This document shows positions 21,312 through 32,327 of a DNA stretch of 64,000 nucleotides, one piece after another. The notes beneath the pieces were generated by a model, which saw only the letters and a program-made list of their open reading frames with translations, was not told the origin of the DNA and did not search any database. Both the position numbers and the translations under genes were made by a program. This DNA comes from Nostoc sp. DedSLP01. Lineage in GTDB: Bacteria; Cyanobacteriota; Cyanobacteriia; Cyanobacteriales; Nostocaceae. The stretch is taken from positions 96,001-160,000 of the forward strand of contig JAVRCJ020000006.1 in the NCBI GenBank assembly GCA_034530875.2, in the 5' to 3' direction. Within the stretch, counting starts at the first letter, position 1. Each line of letters starts with the position of its first letter.

Positions 21312-21515
21312 TTGATGAGAATGAACTTTATTCTTTTTGCCTTAGGAGTCGTTTATGTAGGTGGCGTTTGGAAGTTTTGGACTGGCTTTGAACGGACTAA
21401 TTTTAATCCAAATTTGACCAATCGCATTGGTCTATCTTTGCTTTGGCCAGCATTATTTATTACTAATCAATCCTACCGTCGAAATTTTAGAAAGGCATTA
21501 AAGGGCAAGATTTGA
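21312..21515 (+). CDS. Small conserved membrane protein
   Basis: YVGGVWKFWTGF...LWP...YRRNFRKALKG. Confidence 0.7.
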   Translation: MMRMNFILFALGVVYVGGVWKFWTGFERTNFNPNLTNRIGLSLLWPALFITNQSYRRNFRKALKGKI

Positions 21516-21677
21516 CTATTAAGTTATCTGAATTTCACAGATAAATACAGCATAATTTAGAATTCGGAACCCAGAATTCAGAATTAAAATAAAATTGATA
21601 CCAGGTTTTGAGGCTAAGTTTACCTACCTCACTTTGCTGGGAATCGGCTGTATATCTTAATCTAAATCTAGACCGTT

Positions 21678-21708
21678 AACCCCCCTTTCCTAATAGGAAA
21701 GGGGGGTT
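21678..21708. terminator. Hairpin between convergent genes (terminator)
   Basis: aacccccctttccta-a-taggaaaggggggtt inverted repeat. Confidence 0.8.
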
Positions 21709-21761
21709 GAACGTACTCATCCTAAAAGGAGAGAATTAGCGAAAGGATAACTTCCTAATGT

Positions 21762-22160
21762 TTATTTGCCATTGGTGAGAAGATGGATTGCTCCACCCAC
21801 TGCTGCACCATCAACAGCATTGCCAAGGGTATCTTTTTTATCGCCAGTAATTACGCCAGTTAATGCGCTAGCACCTGCACCAACTCCGATATCTTGAGCA
21901 GCACTACGGTGACGGCGATCGCCTCTTAGTCCATTTGCACCATTTACGGCTGCACCAGTGGCACCACCCTTAACAGCATTACCTAAGAAACTACCATTTC
22001 CCCTAATAGCTCCGGTGACCACATTGGCAGCAGCCCCAATACCGATATCCCGTAGTACTTGGTCGTCAGCAGCAGCTGGTTTAGCAGGTACTAAAGTAAC
22101 GCCAGCTAAACTTGCAGCCATGAGGCTGGGTAGAAGTGTCCGCTTTAGGATTGTATTCAT
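21762..22160 (-). CDS. Secreted glycine-zipper-like protein with internal repeat
   Basis: Signal peptide ending PAAA; two DIG(I/V)GA...VTG...LGNAVxGxAxG repeats. Confidence 0.75.
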   Translation of the reverse strand: MNTILKRTLLPSLMAASLAGVTLVPAKPAAADDQVLRDIGIGAAANVVTGAIRGNGSFLGNAVKGGATGAAVNGANGLRGDRRHRSAAQDIGVGAGASALTGVITGDKKDTLGNAVDGAAVGGAIHLLTNGK

Positions 22161-22494
22161 TGTCTTAACCTTCTCAAAACATCAAACAATTGAATCAAGT
22201 TCAAAGTTACTGGAGTCAGAGAAATCTGATTTTTTCGTTTGGACAACAGCAACCATTTATTGTTTGAGAACATATATATAGTGACATTGATAAAGTTATA
22301 CCTACTTCTACTAAAAGCATGAAGTTCTACTCAGTCTAGAGAAGGTCTTACCTATACAGTAGGTATTTATCATAACTAGGCATTGACAAAATAAATTAAA
22401 TACGAAATGAAGTCTTTCGGATATGAGAGTTTGATTTGCGATCGCAAACTGGATGGCGTTTACCGTATCTATCCAAAGATAATTAGCAAAATAG

Positions 22495-23205
22495 TTAAAC
22501 TAACTCATCAGGGTTAATATTTAATTCTCTGAGTTTAGCAGCCAAGCGTTCTGAACGCTCCCATCCTGTCTTTAGCATATTGCCTTGATTATCCCACCAA
22601 CGCAACCAAGGTAATTCTAAATTTTGATAGCGACCTTGCCAGATTCCTAATTCTACACCCATTGATTCAATCGGATAATGTCCGCGTTCATTAGCAGGTA
22701 CTAGCTCATATTCACCCCTAAGCAATTGATACACCTCTACACTAGCTTTTTTCACTTCATAAATGCCATAAAAGGGAACTCTAATTGCTTGCTCATAAAC
22801 CCAAAACTTACCTGTAATTGGTGTTTTGTCTCGTTCTTCCTCGTCGCCATTACCAGAGACAAATTCTAAGACAATTAAAGGTGCTACATACTCTTGCCAC
22901 AATACATAAGAACGGCGTACTTGACCATTCAAAGTCGGGGGGACATTTGGCACATAAAACCAATCTGGTGCTTCCGCACCTTTTTCTGGTGGTTCAGTAA
23001 TTCGCCAATAGATACCGCTATCTTGTCCAATGCAATATTGTCCATCGGAATGTAACTTCTGCAAGATTGGTTCAATTGAATCTGTGAGCAATATGCTTTG
23101 AGGATGTTCTTGCAGGTTTTTCACAAAATTGCCGTCAGATTCTGGTAGCTGCGTATGGTCTGGTAGGCTTGATTCAATACCGAGTGGTGTTTGTGCTGAG
23201 GTCAT
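22495..23205 (-). CDS. Uma2 family endonuclease
   Basis: LPDHTQLPESDG, APDWFYVP, PLIVLEFVS. Confidence 0.92.
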   Translation of the reverse strand: MTSAQTPLGIESSLPDHTQLPESDGNFVKNLQEHPQSILLTDSIEPILQKLHSDGQYCIGQDSGIYWRITEPPEKGAEAPDWFYVPNVPPTLNGQVRRSYVLWQEYVAPLIVLEFVSGNGDEEERDKTPITGKFWVYEQAIRVPFYGIYEVKKASVEVYQLLRGEYELVPANERGHYPIESMGVELGIWQGRYQNLELPWLRWWDNQGNMLKTGWERSERLAAKLRELNINPDELV

Positions 23206-23282
23206 GGGAACCTCCTAGATTTGGGGGGTTAATATGTAATATGGCATTTTTGTAGGGCGTAGGGGTGATGGGCTTCACTTAC

Positions 23283-26200
23283 CTAAAATAGCGATTGAGC
23301 TTCTACCTGCGTTTGAACCTCTGTTTCAACTTCAACTTGAGCCTCAACAATAGATGTATAAATTGGAATATCAGCTTGTATTGCTTCAAAACTCACAACT
23401 AAAGAGTATGGAACGCTAGCGTCTGGATCGTTGTTCCAACCTTCATGTCCAACTACTGCAATAGAAAATGCGTCTGTAAGTTCAAATGAATCTACAGCAG
23501 CCCAATCTTTTTGAAGGGTTCCTGCACTTCTGGATACATCTTTAATTATTCCGTGATTATTTTGTTTTCCTAGCATCCATTTAAAAATGCCCTCTCCCTT
23601 TTCTGCATCCTCTGGAGCATCATACTCTTTCAAAACCCTTTTCAGAAAACGTTCTGGATCTTCTCCTTTTTTACTACATTCCCAATCAAGCCAAGTTGAA
23701 AGATATTTCCGGCGATTTCTGCGGGTTCGACGTGGTTGAGCTTTGTACGATAAAGTAACTTCCACAAGAATTTTAAATGACTCTCCTGGAGAACGTAATT
23801 TTTCTGGTAGTTTTACTTGGTAAATATGAGCTTGTTTAGCTACAATACGGCGCTCTCCTGTTGTCATTAAAGTGATCCTATTAGGAGCATTACCCAAAGC
23901 ACGATCAACATCGGGAAGACCATAACCAATTTGACGAAGAACATGCAGTTTATTAACATCATCTGCCATTGTCCATTCAGGCCACCTTGCTGATTGCACT
24001 ATTAAGGCACGGTAAAGGAGACAATTTTCATTAGGTAAATCAGCAGCTATACGTGCAGCAATATGGCTGACTTTTGGTACTGCAAATGATGTTCCAACAT
24101 TATCAGAAGCAAGTGCTGGGCCACCGTTCAAAGTTGACCGTACTAATTCGGGACAAACATCTTTAGAGGTAGTAATAGTTGGAGGTGTACCTTCATCTTT
24201 TACTAAATCTCCACCATATTCAACTACTTCCGGTTTAATAGTATTCCAAATTCCTAATCCAGAACATGAAAAAGCTGAGGGTTGATCCTTTTGTGCAATG
24301 GAAGAATAAGGTGGTGAATTATAAGAATTTGAACCAATGGAACCAACTGTTAAAGCTTGAAAACTTTGTGCTGGATCAGCAATTCTACAGGAACTTTCCA
24401 ATAAATAATCTGGATATTTTCGATTTGCAGTAAGATGTTCTTGAATAGATATTCTTGTAAAGCTAATTCTATCATCTAGAGGTAAGTTTCCTGCTGAGAC
24501 AATAAAGAGAATATCCTTTTGCCATGTTAGATTATCAATAGCTGATGCCCAAGCACTCATATATCGAGTTCTACAAGGAACAGAAGCATTAATAGAATGA
24601 TTAAATAATCTTGTTCCTGCTTTTGTTTGATAAATTTCTACAATTTCATCTAGAAGATTCGGTGGAAATAGTTGCTTAGGTAATTTACAATTTTTATCTA
24701 AAACTCTTGCGTTTTGAATCCAGAAAAGAGTGTTTATACTTTCTGTACGAGGTATTGTTCTTGGATAAAGAACAGCACCAGCTACACTAGTTCCATGTCC
24801 ACCATTAACATAATCAGCAGTTTTATCTATTTCTCCAGGAACCAAAGATATAGAGTTTGCTGTGTCAATGGCTACTTTTAGTAATGGATGTCTTTCTTGA
24901 ATACCACTATCTATAATACATATTTTAGGAGCGTTTAATTTTGGAGGTTCTAGTTTAAATAGGAGGGAAAAAACATCATAAGAATTTTCTTTTTGAATAA
25001 GTTCTACAAATTCATTTGGTTCACTAACATCAAAAATATACGGAAAATAGAAAAGTAAATCTTTTAATCCTTTACCGCAAATTTGAATCCTACATAAGAA
25101 ACAGTCTGGTATATGAGCATATTTATTAATATATCCATCAGTATTTTTTATAACTATTCCCTCATACTCTTTATTTTGAACAAAATCTATAAATTGCTCC
25201 TCAATTTCATATTTACAATTATCCCATTGTTCATAGGATAAATTACGTTGATTAATCCAGTTATTAACTCTTTGAATAAACTGCAAGTTATTTTCATTAT
25301 CTTCTTGTACTGGGTAGTCAGAAAATTGATATTTATTTCCTATACAGGATAATCCTACATCAACAGTATATATCTGAGCATCTTTAACTTGATTCCAATG
25401 CTCTATTAATTCTTGAGAAAGAATGTATTCAGTTTTTTTAGTTCCATCGAAAATTTCCCAAATATTAGAAATTTTTTTATTCACAAAATTTATTGTGAAA
25501 AGTTTTACTAGCTTTTTCTGAAATTCACTAAATTCTTGTTCGTTAACAATCTCAGCAATATAATCTTCTTTTAGTTGACAAATTATTTGATCATTTTTTA
25601 TTGAGGAACTGTCTGAATTATTATCTACATTTTCATTATGTAAACTAATATCAAAAATATATGGAAAGTTAAAAACTAAATCTTTTAATCCTTGCCCTTT
25701 TATCTGAATACGACAAGAAAAACTGTCTGGTAGTTGGGCTAAATTAGGAATATCTTCGTCAGCCTTTTTTAAATAAATTCCTTTATATTCTTGAATAAAA
25801 GCTTTAAATTGTTCTTCTCTTTGTGACTTAATTTCGTCGCGTTCCTGCTCTATTAAATGACGTTTTTTCATCCAAGTATTGATTCTTTGAATAAATTGTG
25901 TATCACTTTCATCAGGCTTACGTTTTGGATAATTGGGAAGTAAAGGTTTACTTCCTATACAAGATATTCCTACATCAACAGTATATATATGGTCATCTTT
26001 AATTTGATACCAATGTTCTATTAAATTTTGATCAAGAATATATTGAAGTTTTCTACTACTATCTAAAATTTCCCATATTTCTGCAATTTTATTACCACCA
26101 AATTCTTGATTAATAAATTTTTCTATCTTTTTTTGCAACTCATTTAGTTCTATATCAAAGGAAATACCAAGAATACATCCATCTTCCAAATCAGCAATTA

Positions 26201-26519
26201 CTTCGATGCCATAAATTTGTAGTCGGTCTACATCAAAAGAAGAAGGATCTATCTTTAAAATAAGTGCAATAGGATAGGGAAGTTTATCTTTTTTCTTTTC
26301 TTCACGTTTTTTTTGAGAATCTTGCCAATCAAATATCAAAGTTTTTATTGAAACCTTTAGTTTATTTCCATGTTCCTGGCGATTATTCAAATTAGCAACT
26401 GTTATTGGATGTCTTCTTAACCCACCTAGTGGCGATGCAGCACGTCCTTCTGTTGTCAGCCTAAGCCGGATATGCGGAAATCCCTGAGAACTTTCAACCA
26501 TTTTTGCTCTAGACACCAA
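23283..26519 (-). CDS. S8 subtilase-family serine protease, IetS-like
   Basis: Triad IIDSG / GHGTSVAG / GTSFAVP; SAGN oxyanion motif; KPEVVEYGG; no signal peptide. Confidence 0.9.
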   Translation of the reverse strand: MVSRAKMVESSQGFPHIRLRLTTEGRAASPLGGLRRHPITVANLNNRQEHGNKLKVSIKTLIFDWQDSQKKREEKKKDKLPYPIALILKIDPSSFDVDRLQIYGIEVIADLEDGCILGISFDIELNELQKKIEKFINQEFGGNKIAEIWEILDSSRKLQYILDQNLIEHWYQIKDDHIYTVDVGISCIGSKPLLPNYPKRKPDESDTQFIQRINTWMKKRHLIEQERDEIKSQREEQFKAFIQEYKGIYLKKADEDIPNLAQLPDSFSCRIQIKGQGLKDLVFNFPYIFDISLHNENVDNNSDSSSIKNDQIICQLKEDYIAEIVNEQEFSEFQKKLVKLFTINFVNKKISNIWEIFDGTKKTEYILSQELIEHWNQVKDAQIYTVDVGLSCIGNKYQFSDYPVQEDNENNLQFIQRVNNWINQRNLSYEQWDNCKYEIEEQFIDFVQNKEYEGIVIKNTDGYINKYAHIPDCFLCRIQICGKGLKDLLFYFPYIFDVSEPNEFVELIQKENSYDVFSLLFKLEPPKLNAPKICIIDSGIQERHPLLKVAIDTANSISLVPGEIDKTADYVNGGHGTSVAGAVLYPRTIPRTESINTLFWIQNARVLDKNCKLPKQLFPPNLLDEIVEIYQTKAGTRLFNHSINASVPCRTRYMSAWASAIDNLTWQKDILFIVSAGNLPLDDRISFTRISIQEHLTANRKYPDYLLESSCRIADPAQSFQALTVGSIGSNSYNSPPYSSIAQKDQPSAFSCSGLGIWNTIKPEVVEYGGDLVKDEGTPPTITTSKDVCPELVRSTLNGGPALASDNVGTSFAVPKVSHIAARIAADLPNENCLLYRALIVQSARWPEWTMADDVNKLHVLRQIGYGLPDVDRALGNAPNRITLMTTGERRIVAKQAHIYQVKLPEKLRSPGESFKILVEVTLSYKAQPRRTRRNRRKYLSTWLDWECSKKGEDPERFLKRVLKEYDAPEDAEKGEGIFKWMLGKQNNHGIIKDVSRSAGTLQKDWAAVDSFELTDAFSIAVVGHEGWNNDPDASVPYSLVVSFEAIQADIPIYTSIVEAQVEVETEVQTQVEAQSLF

Positions 26520-26528
26520 AAATTAATA

Positions 26529-27551
26529 CTAGGAAACTTGGATTTCTGCGATTGCTTCTTCTAAGTGTTCTTGAATCACTAGCTCCTCTCGCTCAAGGAT
26601 TGCTCGTTTAGCAGCATCTTGTGCAACCCTCACGGCTTGAGCCGCAGAAAAATCTTTCATCTGCTCAATGATCCTTGACCAATTGATAGATCCTATTTCA
26701 ATTGCAGATAGTGTTTCCTTTAGTATAAATTCTAGCTCCTGTTCTCCTGGTTTGGGTACTGCAATTAAGTCATCAAATCTTCTCCAAAGAGCAGTATCTA
26801 GAGATTTATTCAGATTAGTTGCTGCGACTAAAAGTCCAGAAGACGGTTGATACTCATCCAAAATTTGAAGAAATGTATTTACTACTCGCTTAATTTCTCC
26901 TACTTCTTGATAATCTTCTCTGGACTTAGCAATCGAGTCACATTCATCCAGAAACAACAAACATGGATTTTTGGAAGCATCCTCAAATACAAGTCTCAAA
27001 TTGGTTGCAGTTTCACCTAAAAAAGACGATACCATTGCATCAAATCGAACTTTCAGTAGTGGTAAACCAGTATTCCAAGCTAGACGCTCTGCTCCTAGCG
27101 TTTTTCCACAACCAGGTGGCCCATATAAAAGAATTTTTTGTCTGTAACGCAGTCCATGATGAGCCAACCTGTCTCTTGCTGCATACTCGCGTTCAATTCG
27201 GCAAAAACGTTTCTCAATATTTTTAGGCAACACCATGTGATGCCGTAGTTTCTCCCTCGGTATGATAGTTACTAGAGGAAGATTAAATCGCTTACTGGTT
27301 GGTAATTCAGTTAAGGTCTCTAAGTTTTCTGGTACTGTTCGCGTAGCGTCTCGAAGAGAAGAAGCAGGTTTGCTGATGTTGGTAGACTTCTCTTTGTAGC
27401 TTTTTTTAGTGATATTCTCTAACTGATCAGCTAAGAGAGTATGTCCCTTACTGCGTTCTTCCTCAATTACTAAATATGTCAGCTTATCAATCGCCTCTTG
27501 ATCTGAACTAGCGATCGCTCTAAAAAATCTCTTGAGAAGCTCTGCTTTCAT
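26529..27551 (-). CDS. AAA+ ATPase, IetA-like
   Basis: Walker A GPPGCGKT, Walker B LFLDECD, ATN, LDTALWRRFD; 9 bp upstream of the S8 ORF. Confidence 0.92.
   Translation of the reverse strand: MKAELLKRFFRAIASSDQEAIDKLTYLVIEEERSKGHTLLADQLENITKKSYKEKSTNISKPASSLRDATRTVPENLETLTELPTSKRFNLPLVTIIPREKLRHHMVLPKNIEKRFCRIEREYAARDRLAHHGLRYRQKILLYGPPGCGKTLGAERLAWNTGLPLLKVRFDAMVSSFLGETATNLRLVFEDASKNPCLLFLDECDSIAKSREDYQEVGEIKRVVNTFLQILDEYQPSSGLLVAATNLNKSLDTALWRRFDDLIAVPKPGEQELEFILKETLSAIEIGSINWSRIIEQMKDFSAAQAVRVAQDAAKRAILEREELVIQEHLEEAIAEIQVS
27337..27360. repeat. 24-nt small dispersed repeat inserted in frame in the AAA ATPase
   Basis: GC-rich gttcgcgtagcgtctcgaagagaa encoding SLRDATRT in an AT-rich gene. 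Confidence 0.6.
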
Positions 27552-27710
27552 ACTGCCTCTCAGTATAAATAGTAACTTTTGAACAATTTAGTACAATAGT
27601 ACTAGATAAATATAGTGTATCGTAAATTGTAACGCGATTACCCTGTGCTTAATCATTATATTAAATTTTGTAAAACAAAAAACATTCTTCTGGTCAGAAT
27701 CTTAGTATAT

Positions 27711-27986
27711 CTAGACATAGCCTGTTTCCTTGAGGTCTATATCGTCTTCCCCTTCAATTAATAGCAAAGTCATCAGATCTCCTTCGACAAATCCTGTTAA
27801 TTTAAAATCGGGCATAGCTTTTAATTCCTCCATCGAAACTTTCTCAGAATAATATTTAAATATCATTTTAATTGCTTTATTTTTATCTAGATAATATTGA
27901 TAACTACTATCTTTCCGCATCAAATTTTCTACTATTTTTGTAATCCGGGCTAGAAGTTCTTGTTTGTCCCTCGAAATTTCCTGCAT
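27711..27986 (-). CDS. Hypothetical protein (91 aa)
   Basis: ORF with good RBS (ggagga); no recognised motif. Confidence 0.6.
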   Translation of the reverse strand: MQEISRDKQELLARITKIVENLMRKDSSYQYYLDKNKAIKMIFKYYSEKVSMEELKAMPDFKLTGFVEGDLMTLLLIEGEDDIDLKETGYV

Positions 27987-28140
27987 AACTTCCTCCCAAT
28001 GATTTACTAAATTACTTCAATTATAAACAATCATCCTCAGCGAACCTCTGCGTTGACCTCAGCGCTCCTCTGCGTTTAAAAAATAAAAAAAGGGCGGGCA
28101 AAATACCCACCCCAAAGAATAAGAGAATATTCTGTTGCTA

Positions 28141-30153
28141 TTAACCCAACAATTTCTTAGCCTTAGCTAACACGTTATCAACGCTAAAACCAAACTTCTC
28201 TAGACAAACACCACCTGGGGCGGAAGCACCAAAGCGATCGATACTAATAATGTCGCCTTCAGTACCGACATACTTGTGCCAGCCAAAACTAGAACCAGCT
28301 TCTACAGCCAAGCGCTTGGTGACAGCTTTCGGCAATACAGACTCTTTGTAAGCTGCGTCCTGTGCTTCAAACAAATCCCATGCAGGTAGGGAAACAACAC
28401 GGACTTTCTTGCCTTCGGCTGTGAGTTTTTCGGCTGCGGTGACGGCGAGGCTCAATTCTGAACCAGTGGCGATGATAATCAACTCTGGTGTACCTTCAGA
28501 ATCAAACACTGTGTAACCACCCTTGGTTACGCCTTCAATGGAAGTGCTTGACAGGTTGGGTACGTTTTGACGGGTGAATGCCAACAAAGTAGGAGCATTC
28601 TGCTTTGCTCTTTCGATCGCTATTTTATAAGCACCAGAGGTTTCTGTGCCGTCTCCGGGGCGAATCACCGTTAAGTTAGGAATAGCGCGTAAGGAAGCTA
28701 AAGTTTCGATGGGTTGGTGGGTTGGGCCGTCTTCACCTTGGCCAATGGAATCGTGAGTCATCACCCAAATTACCCCAGCTTGAGATAGGGCAGATAAGCG
28801 GATGGCAGCACGCATGTAATCTGTGAAGATCAAGAAGGTAGCGCCGTAGGGAATTAATCCCGAACCGTGTAGCGCAATACCATTACAGATAGCACCCATA
28901 CCGTGTTCCCGAACACCAAAGTGGATGTTGGGATTTTGGTATTGCCCTTTTTGAAAGTCGCCTTTACCCTTGATTTCGGTAAGGTTAGAGTGGGTCAAGT
29001 CAGCAGAACCACCGATTAACTCAGGTAAAACTGCTGCTAGTTTGTTGAGGCAGGTTTCCGAGTGTTTGCGGGTAGGTGCGGCTTTATCTTCTGTGGTGTA
29101 AGTGGGTAGTACTTTATCCCAACCATCCGGCAATTTGCTGGTTACGTAGCGTTCAAATTCAGCTGCTTCTTGGGGATACTTAGCTTTGTAGTCAGCAAAT
29201 GCTTTGTTCCACTCGTCTTCATAGCTTGCGCCGCGTTCTACAGCTTTGCGTGTATGGTTGAGGGCGTCTTGGGGAACTACAAAAGGCTCGTATTCCCAAC
29301 CCAAATTTTTACGAGTTAATGCTACTTCGTCTCCACCCAAAGCAGCACCGTGAACGCCAGCGGTGTTTGCTTTGTTGGGGGAACCGTAACCGATGGTGGT
29401 TGTTACCTTAATAAAAGAAGGTTTATCGGTGACAGCTTTGGCTGCTTCTATTGCTTTGGCAATTCCATCTAGGTCAGTGTTACCTTCAGCAACGTGTTGG
29501 ACATGCCAACCGTAAGCTTCAAAGCGCTTGGAAACATCTTCGGTAAATGCCACATCTGTGGAACCGTCGATGGAGATGTGGTTGTCGTCGTACAGAGCGA
29601 TGAGTTTACCTAATCCCAAGTGTCCTGCGAAAGAACAAGCTTCACCGGAAATACCTTCCATGTTGCAACCGTCACCTAAAATTACGTAGGTGTAATGGTC
29701 AACAATCTTGGCATCAGGCTTGTTGTATTTAGCGGCGAGGTGTGCTTCTGCTATAGCCAAACCGACTCCATTGGCAATTCCTTGACCTAGCGGCCCAGTG
29801 GTGACTTCCACGCCTGCGGTCATGAAGTTTTCTGGGTGTCCGGGAGTTTTCGATTCCCATTGACGGAATTGCTTGATATCTTCAATCGATACGCTGTCGA
29901 AGCCTGCTAAGTAGAGCAGGGCATACTGCAACATCGAGCCATGACCTGCGGACAAAACAAAGCGATCGCGGTTAAACCATTTGGGATTTTTGGGGTTAAA
30001 CCGCAAAAATCGATCCCATAGTACAAAGGCCATGGGAGCCGCGCCCATCGGCAGCCCTGGGTGTCCCGATTTTGCCTTTTCTACGGCGTCAATAGCCAAG
30101 AAGCGGATCGAGTTGATACAAAGTTCTTCGAGGGATTGGGTTGCAACAGCCAT
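28141..30153 (-). CDS. tkt: Transketolase
   Basis: [26 protein letters not shown] motif, GVREHGM, THDSIG. Confidence 0.98.
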   Translation of the reverse strand: MAVATQSLEELCINSIRFLAIDAVEKAKSGHPGLPMGAAPMAFVLWDRFLRFNPKNPKWFNRDRFVLSAGHGSMLQYALLYLAGFDSVSIEDIKQFRQWESKTPGHPENFMTAGVEVTTGPLGQGIANGVGLAIAEAHLAAKYNKPDAKIVDHYTYVILGDGCNMEGISGEACSFAGHLGLGKLIALYDDNHISIDGSTDVAFTEDVSKRFEAYGWHVQHVAEGNTDLDGIAKAIEAAKAVTDKPSFIKVTTTIGYGSPNKANTAGVHGAALGGDEVALTRKNLGWEYEPFVVPQDALNHTRKAVERGASYEDEWNKAFADYKAKYPQEAAEFERYVTSKLPDGWDKVLPTYTTEDKAAPTRKHSETCLNKLAAVLPELIGGSADLTHSNLTEIKGKGDFQKGQYQNPNIHFGVREHGMGAICNGIALHGSGLIPYGATFLIFTDYMRAAIRLSALSQAGVIWVMTHDSIGQGEDGPTHQPIETLASLRAIPNLTVIRPGDGTETSGAYKIAIERAKQNAPTLLAFTRQNVPNLSSTSIEGVTKGGYTVFDSEGTPELIIIATGSELSLAVTAAEKLTAEGKKVRVVSLPAWDLFEAQDAAYKESVLPKAVTKRLAVEAGSSFGWHKYVGTEGDIISIDRFGASAPGGVCLEKFGFSVDNVLAKAKKLLG

Positions 30154-30577
30154 AATAAGATTGTTTTTAACGACGGGTTAGCACTCTTGGTAGCTCTCAC
30201 TCTTGGTGGGGTTACTTTTGGCAGTTAACAGTTTGATTTATTGGGTCGATCCCATATCAACTTGTTAACTGTTTATTAATCACTGAACTCTGATTAAAAT
30301 TTCCCACAGTATCTTTATCATCCCATTCTCGATTGTCGATGGACAAGCGGGATCTTGGGAGTGTGAGGTGATCGATCAAGCTGATAATTGGGTCATGCTG
30401 AACGCTTGGCTCATACCAGAATGATATCTATAGTACTTTTGGGACTGTCATTTTAGTAGACAGGAGGGTGGAGAGGCTCTTGCAGCAGGGGAGAGAATAT
30501 AAGAACTTTTAATTCTTCACTCCTGAGGCACTGCCAACTCCTGAATTCTGACTCCTGAATTCTGGATTTTGACTTTT

Positions 30578-31828
30578 TTACAGGTATTTCTTAAAGGCTA
30601 GTGTGACATTATGGCCGCCAAAACCGAAAGAATTGGATAGTGCCACTTCTACTTTTTGGGCGCGACTAGAGTTGGGCACATAATCTAAGTCGCAGTCTGG
30701 ATCGGGATTTTCGAGGTTGATTGTTGGAGGGATGCCGTCGTTAGCGATCGCCAGTACTGTCGCTACTGCTTCAATACCTCCAGAACCGCCCAAAAGATGA
30801 CCAGTCATCGATTTAGTGGAACTGATTGCTACTTTATAGGCATGTTCGCCCAAGGCTTTTTTGATGGCTGAGGTTTCAGTAGAATCGTTTGCTGGCGTGC
30901 TGGTGCCGTGAGCATTAATGTAGCTGATTTGGTCGGGGGTTATTCCTGCATCCTTCATCGCCAGTTCTATGGCTCTAGCTGCGCCTAGCCCACCGGGTAC
31001 GGGGGAGGTGATGTGATAAGCGTCACAGGTCATACCATAGCCGATCATTTCGGCATAAATGCGAGCGCCGCGACTCAGGGCGTGTTCTAGTTCTTCTAGA
31101 ATTAAAATTCCTGTACCTTCACCCAAAACGAAGCCGTCGCGATCGCGGTCAAAGGGACGGCAAGCACGAGCTGGATCGTCATTACGAAAAGAAAGCGCTT
31201 TACAAGCAGCAAATCCAGCTACAGACAATGGTGTGACAGCCGCTTCTGTGCCGCCGCAAATCATTGCTTGAGCATATCCCCCTTGAATTAAGCGAAAAGC
31301 ATCTCCAATGGCGTTGGAACCAGCGGCGCAAGCTGTGACAGCACAGGAATTCGGCCCTTTAGCACCAGTGTGAATTGCTGTTAGCCCTGCTGCCATATTG
31401 GCAATCATCATCGGTATCATGAATGGACTACAGCGATCTGGGCCGCGGTTAAGGTAGATAGTTTGCTGATCTTCTAATACTTTGATGCCACCAATACCAG
31501 AACCGATCATGACACCTACCTGTTCGGCGTTTAAGTCATTGATAACTAACTGCGCGTCAGATATTGCTTGTTTTGCTCCTGCAACCCCAAATTGGGCAAA
31601 TCGATCCATACGCTTGGCTTCTTTGCGATCCAAATAGTCATGTGGATCGAAATTTTTCACTTCACCAGCAATGCGGCAATCATGGCGAGACGCATCAAAA
31701 GCTGTGATGTAGTCAATACCATTGCGTCCACTTAATAATCCATCCCAATATTCTGTTGGTGTATTACCAATAGGTGTAATCGCGCCAACACCAGTTACAA
31801 CAACGCGTTTACGTGTAAAATCTGTCAT
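30578..31828 (-). CDS. fabF: Beta-ketoacyl-ACP synthase II
   Basis: TACAAG, NAHGTST, KSMTGHLLG, SNSFGFGG. Confidence 0.97.
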   Translation of the reverse strand: MTDFTRKRVVVTGVGAITPIGNTPTEYWDGLLSGRNGIDYITAFDASRHDCRIAGEVKNFDPHDYLDRKEAKRMDRFAQFGVAGAKQAISDAQLVINDLNAEQVGVMIGSGIGGIKVLEDQQTIYLNRGPDRCSPFMIPMMIANMAAGLTAIHTGAKGPNSCAVTACAAGSNAIGDAFRLIQGGYAQAMICGGTEAAVTPLSVAGFAACKALSFRNDDPARACRPFDRDRDGFVLGEGTGILILEELEHALSRGARIYAEMIGYGMTCDAYHITSPVPGGLGAARAIELAMKDAGITPDQISYINAHGTSTPANDSTETSAIKKALGEHAYKVAISSTKSMTGHLLGGSGGIEAVATVLAIANDGIPPTINLENPDPDCDLDYVPNSSRAQKVEVALSNSFGFGGHNVTLAFKKYL

Positions 31829-31864
31829 GATTCAGTTAAAGGTGGCGAAAAAGCGAAGAGTCAA

Positions 31865-31962
31865 GCCAGTGCGTTCGGCGGGTTTCCCGACTTGAAGCAC
31901 CTGGCGTCAAAGCGCCGACTTGCGGCGATCTGTTAGCGCAGCCTTAGCGACGGAGGAGCGTC
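31865..31962. repeat. Cluster of GC-rich small dispersed repeats/hairpins
   Basis: Hairpin gccag...ctggc (31865-31905); GTTAGCGCAGCC shared with 34930-34941. Confidence 0.55.
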
Positions 31963-32072
31963 ACTTTTGAAGACGAAGCAGGCAAAAAATTTGAGATTAG
32001 TGACTAGGTACTGGTGACTAGGTGCGGGAGAAAAATCTTCCCAATCCCCAATCCCCAATCCCCAACTCCTAA

Positions 32073-32327
32073 TTAAGCTGATGTGGCAACTTTGTCGTTA
32101 ATGTAATTTACTGCGTCTTGAACTGTTAGAATTCCTTCGGCAGCTTCGTCGGGAATTTCGATATCAAATTCTTCTTCCAAAGCCATTACTAATTCAACGG
32201 TATCTAAGGAATCAGCACCTAAATCTTCCATAAATGTCGATTCTGGTTTGATTTCAGTCTTCTCATCAACACTAAGTTGTTCGGCGACGATTTTTTTAAC
32301 TTTTTCAAAAAGTTCATCTTGGCTCAT
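32073..32327 (-). CDS. acpP: Acyl carrier protein
   Basis: [14 protein letters not shown] phosphopantetheine site. Confidence 0.97.
   Translation of the reverse strand: MSQDELFEKVKKIVAEQLSVDEKTEIKPESTFMEDLGADSLDTVELVMALEEEFDIEIPDEAAEGILTVQDAVNYINDKVATSA

Noticed and set aside
27629..27641. NtcA site upstream of the AAA ATPase
   Set aside because: GTA-N7-TAC spacing, not the canonical N8
30178..30204. CIRCE element near tkt
   Set aside because: Only the left arm TTAGCACTC is present; no GAGTGCTAA after the 9-nt spacer
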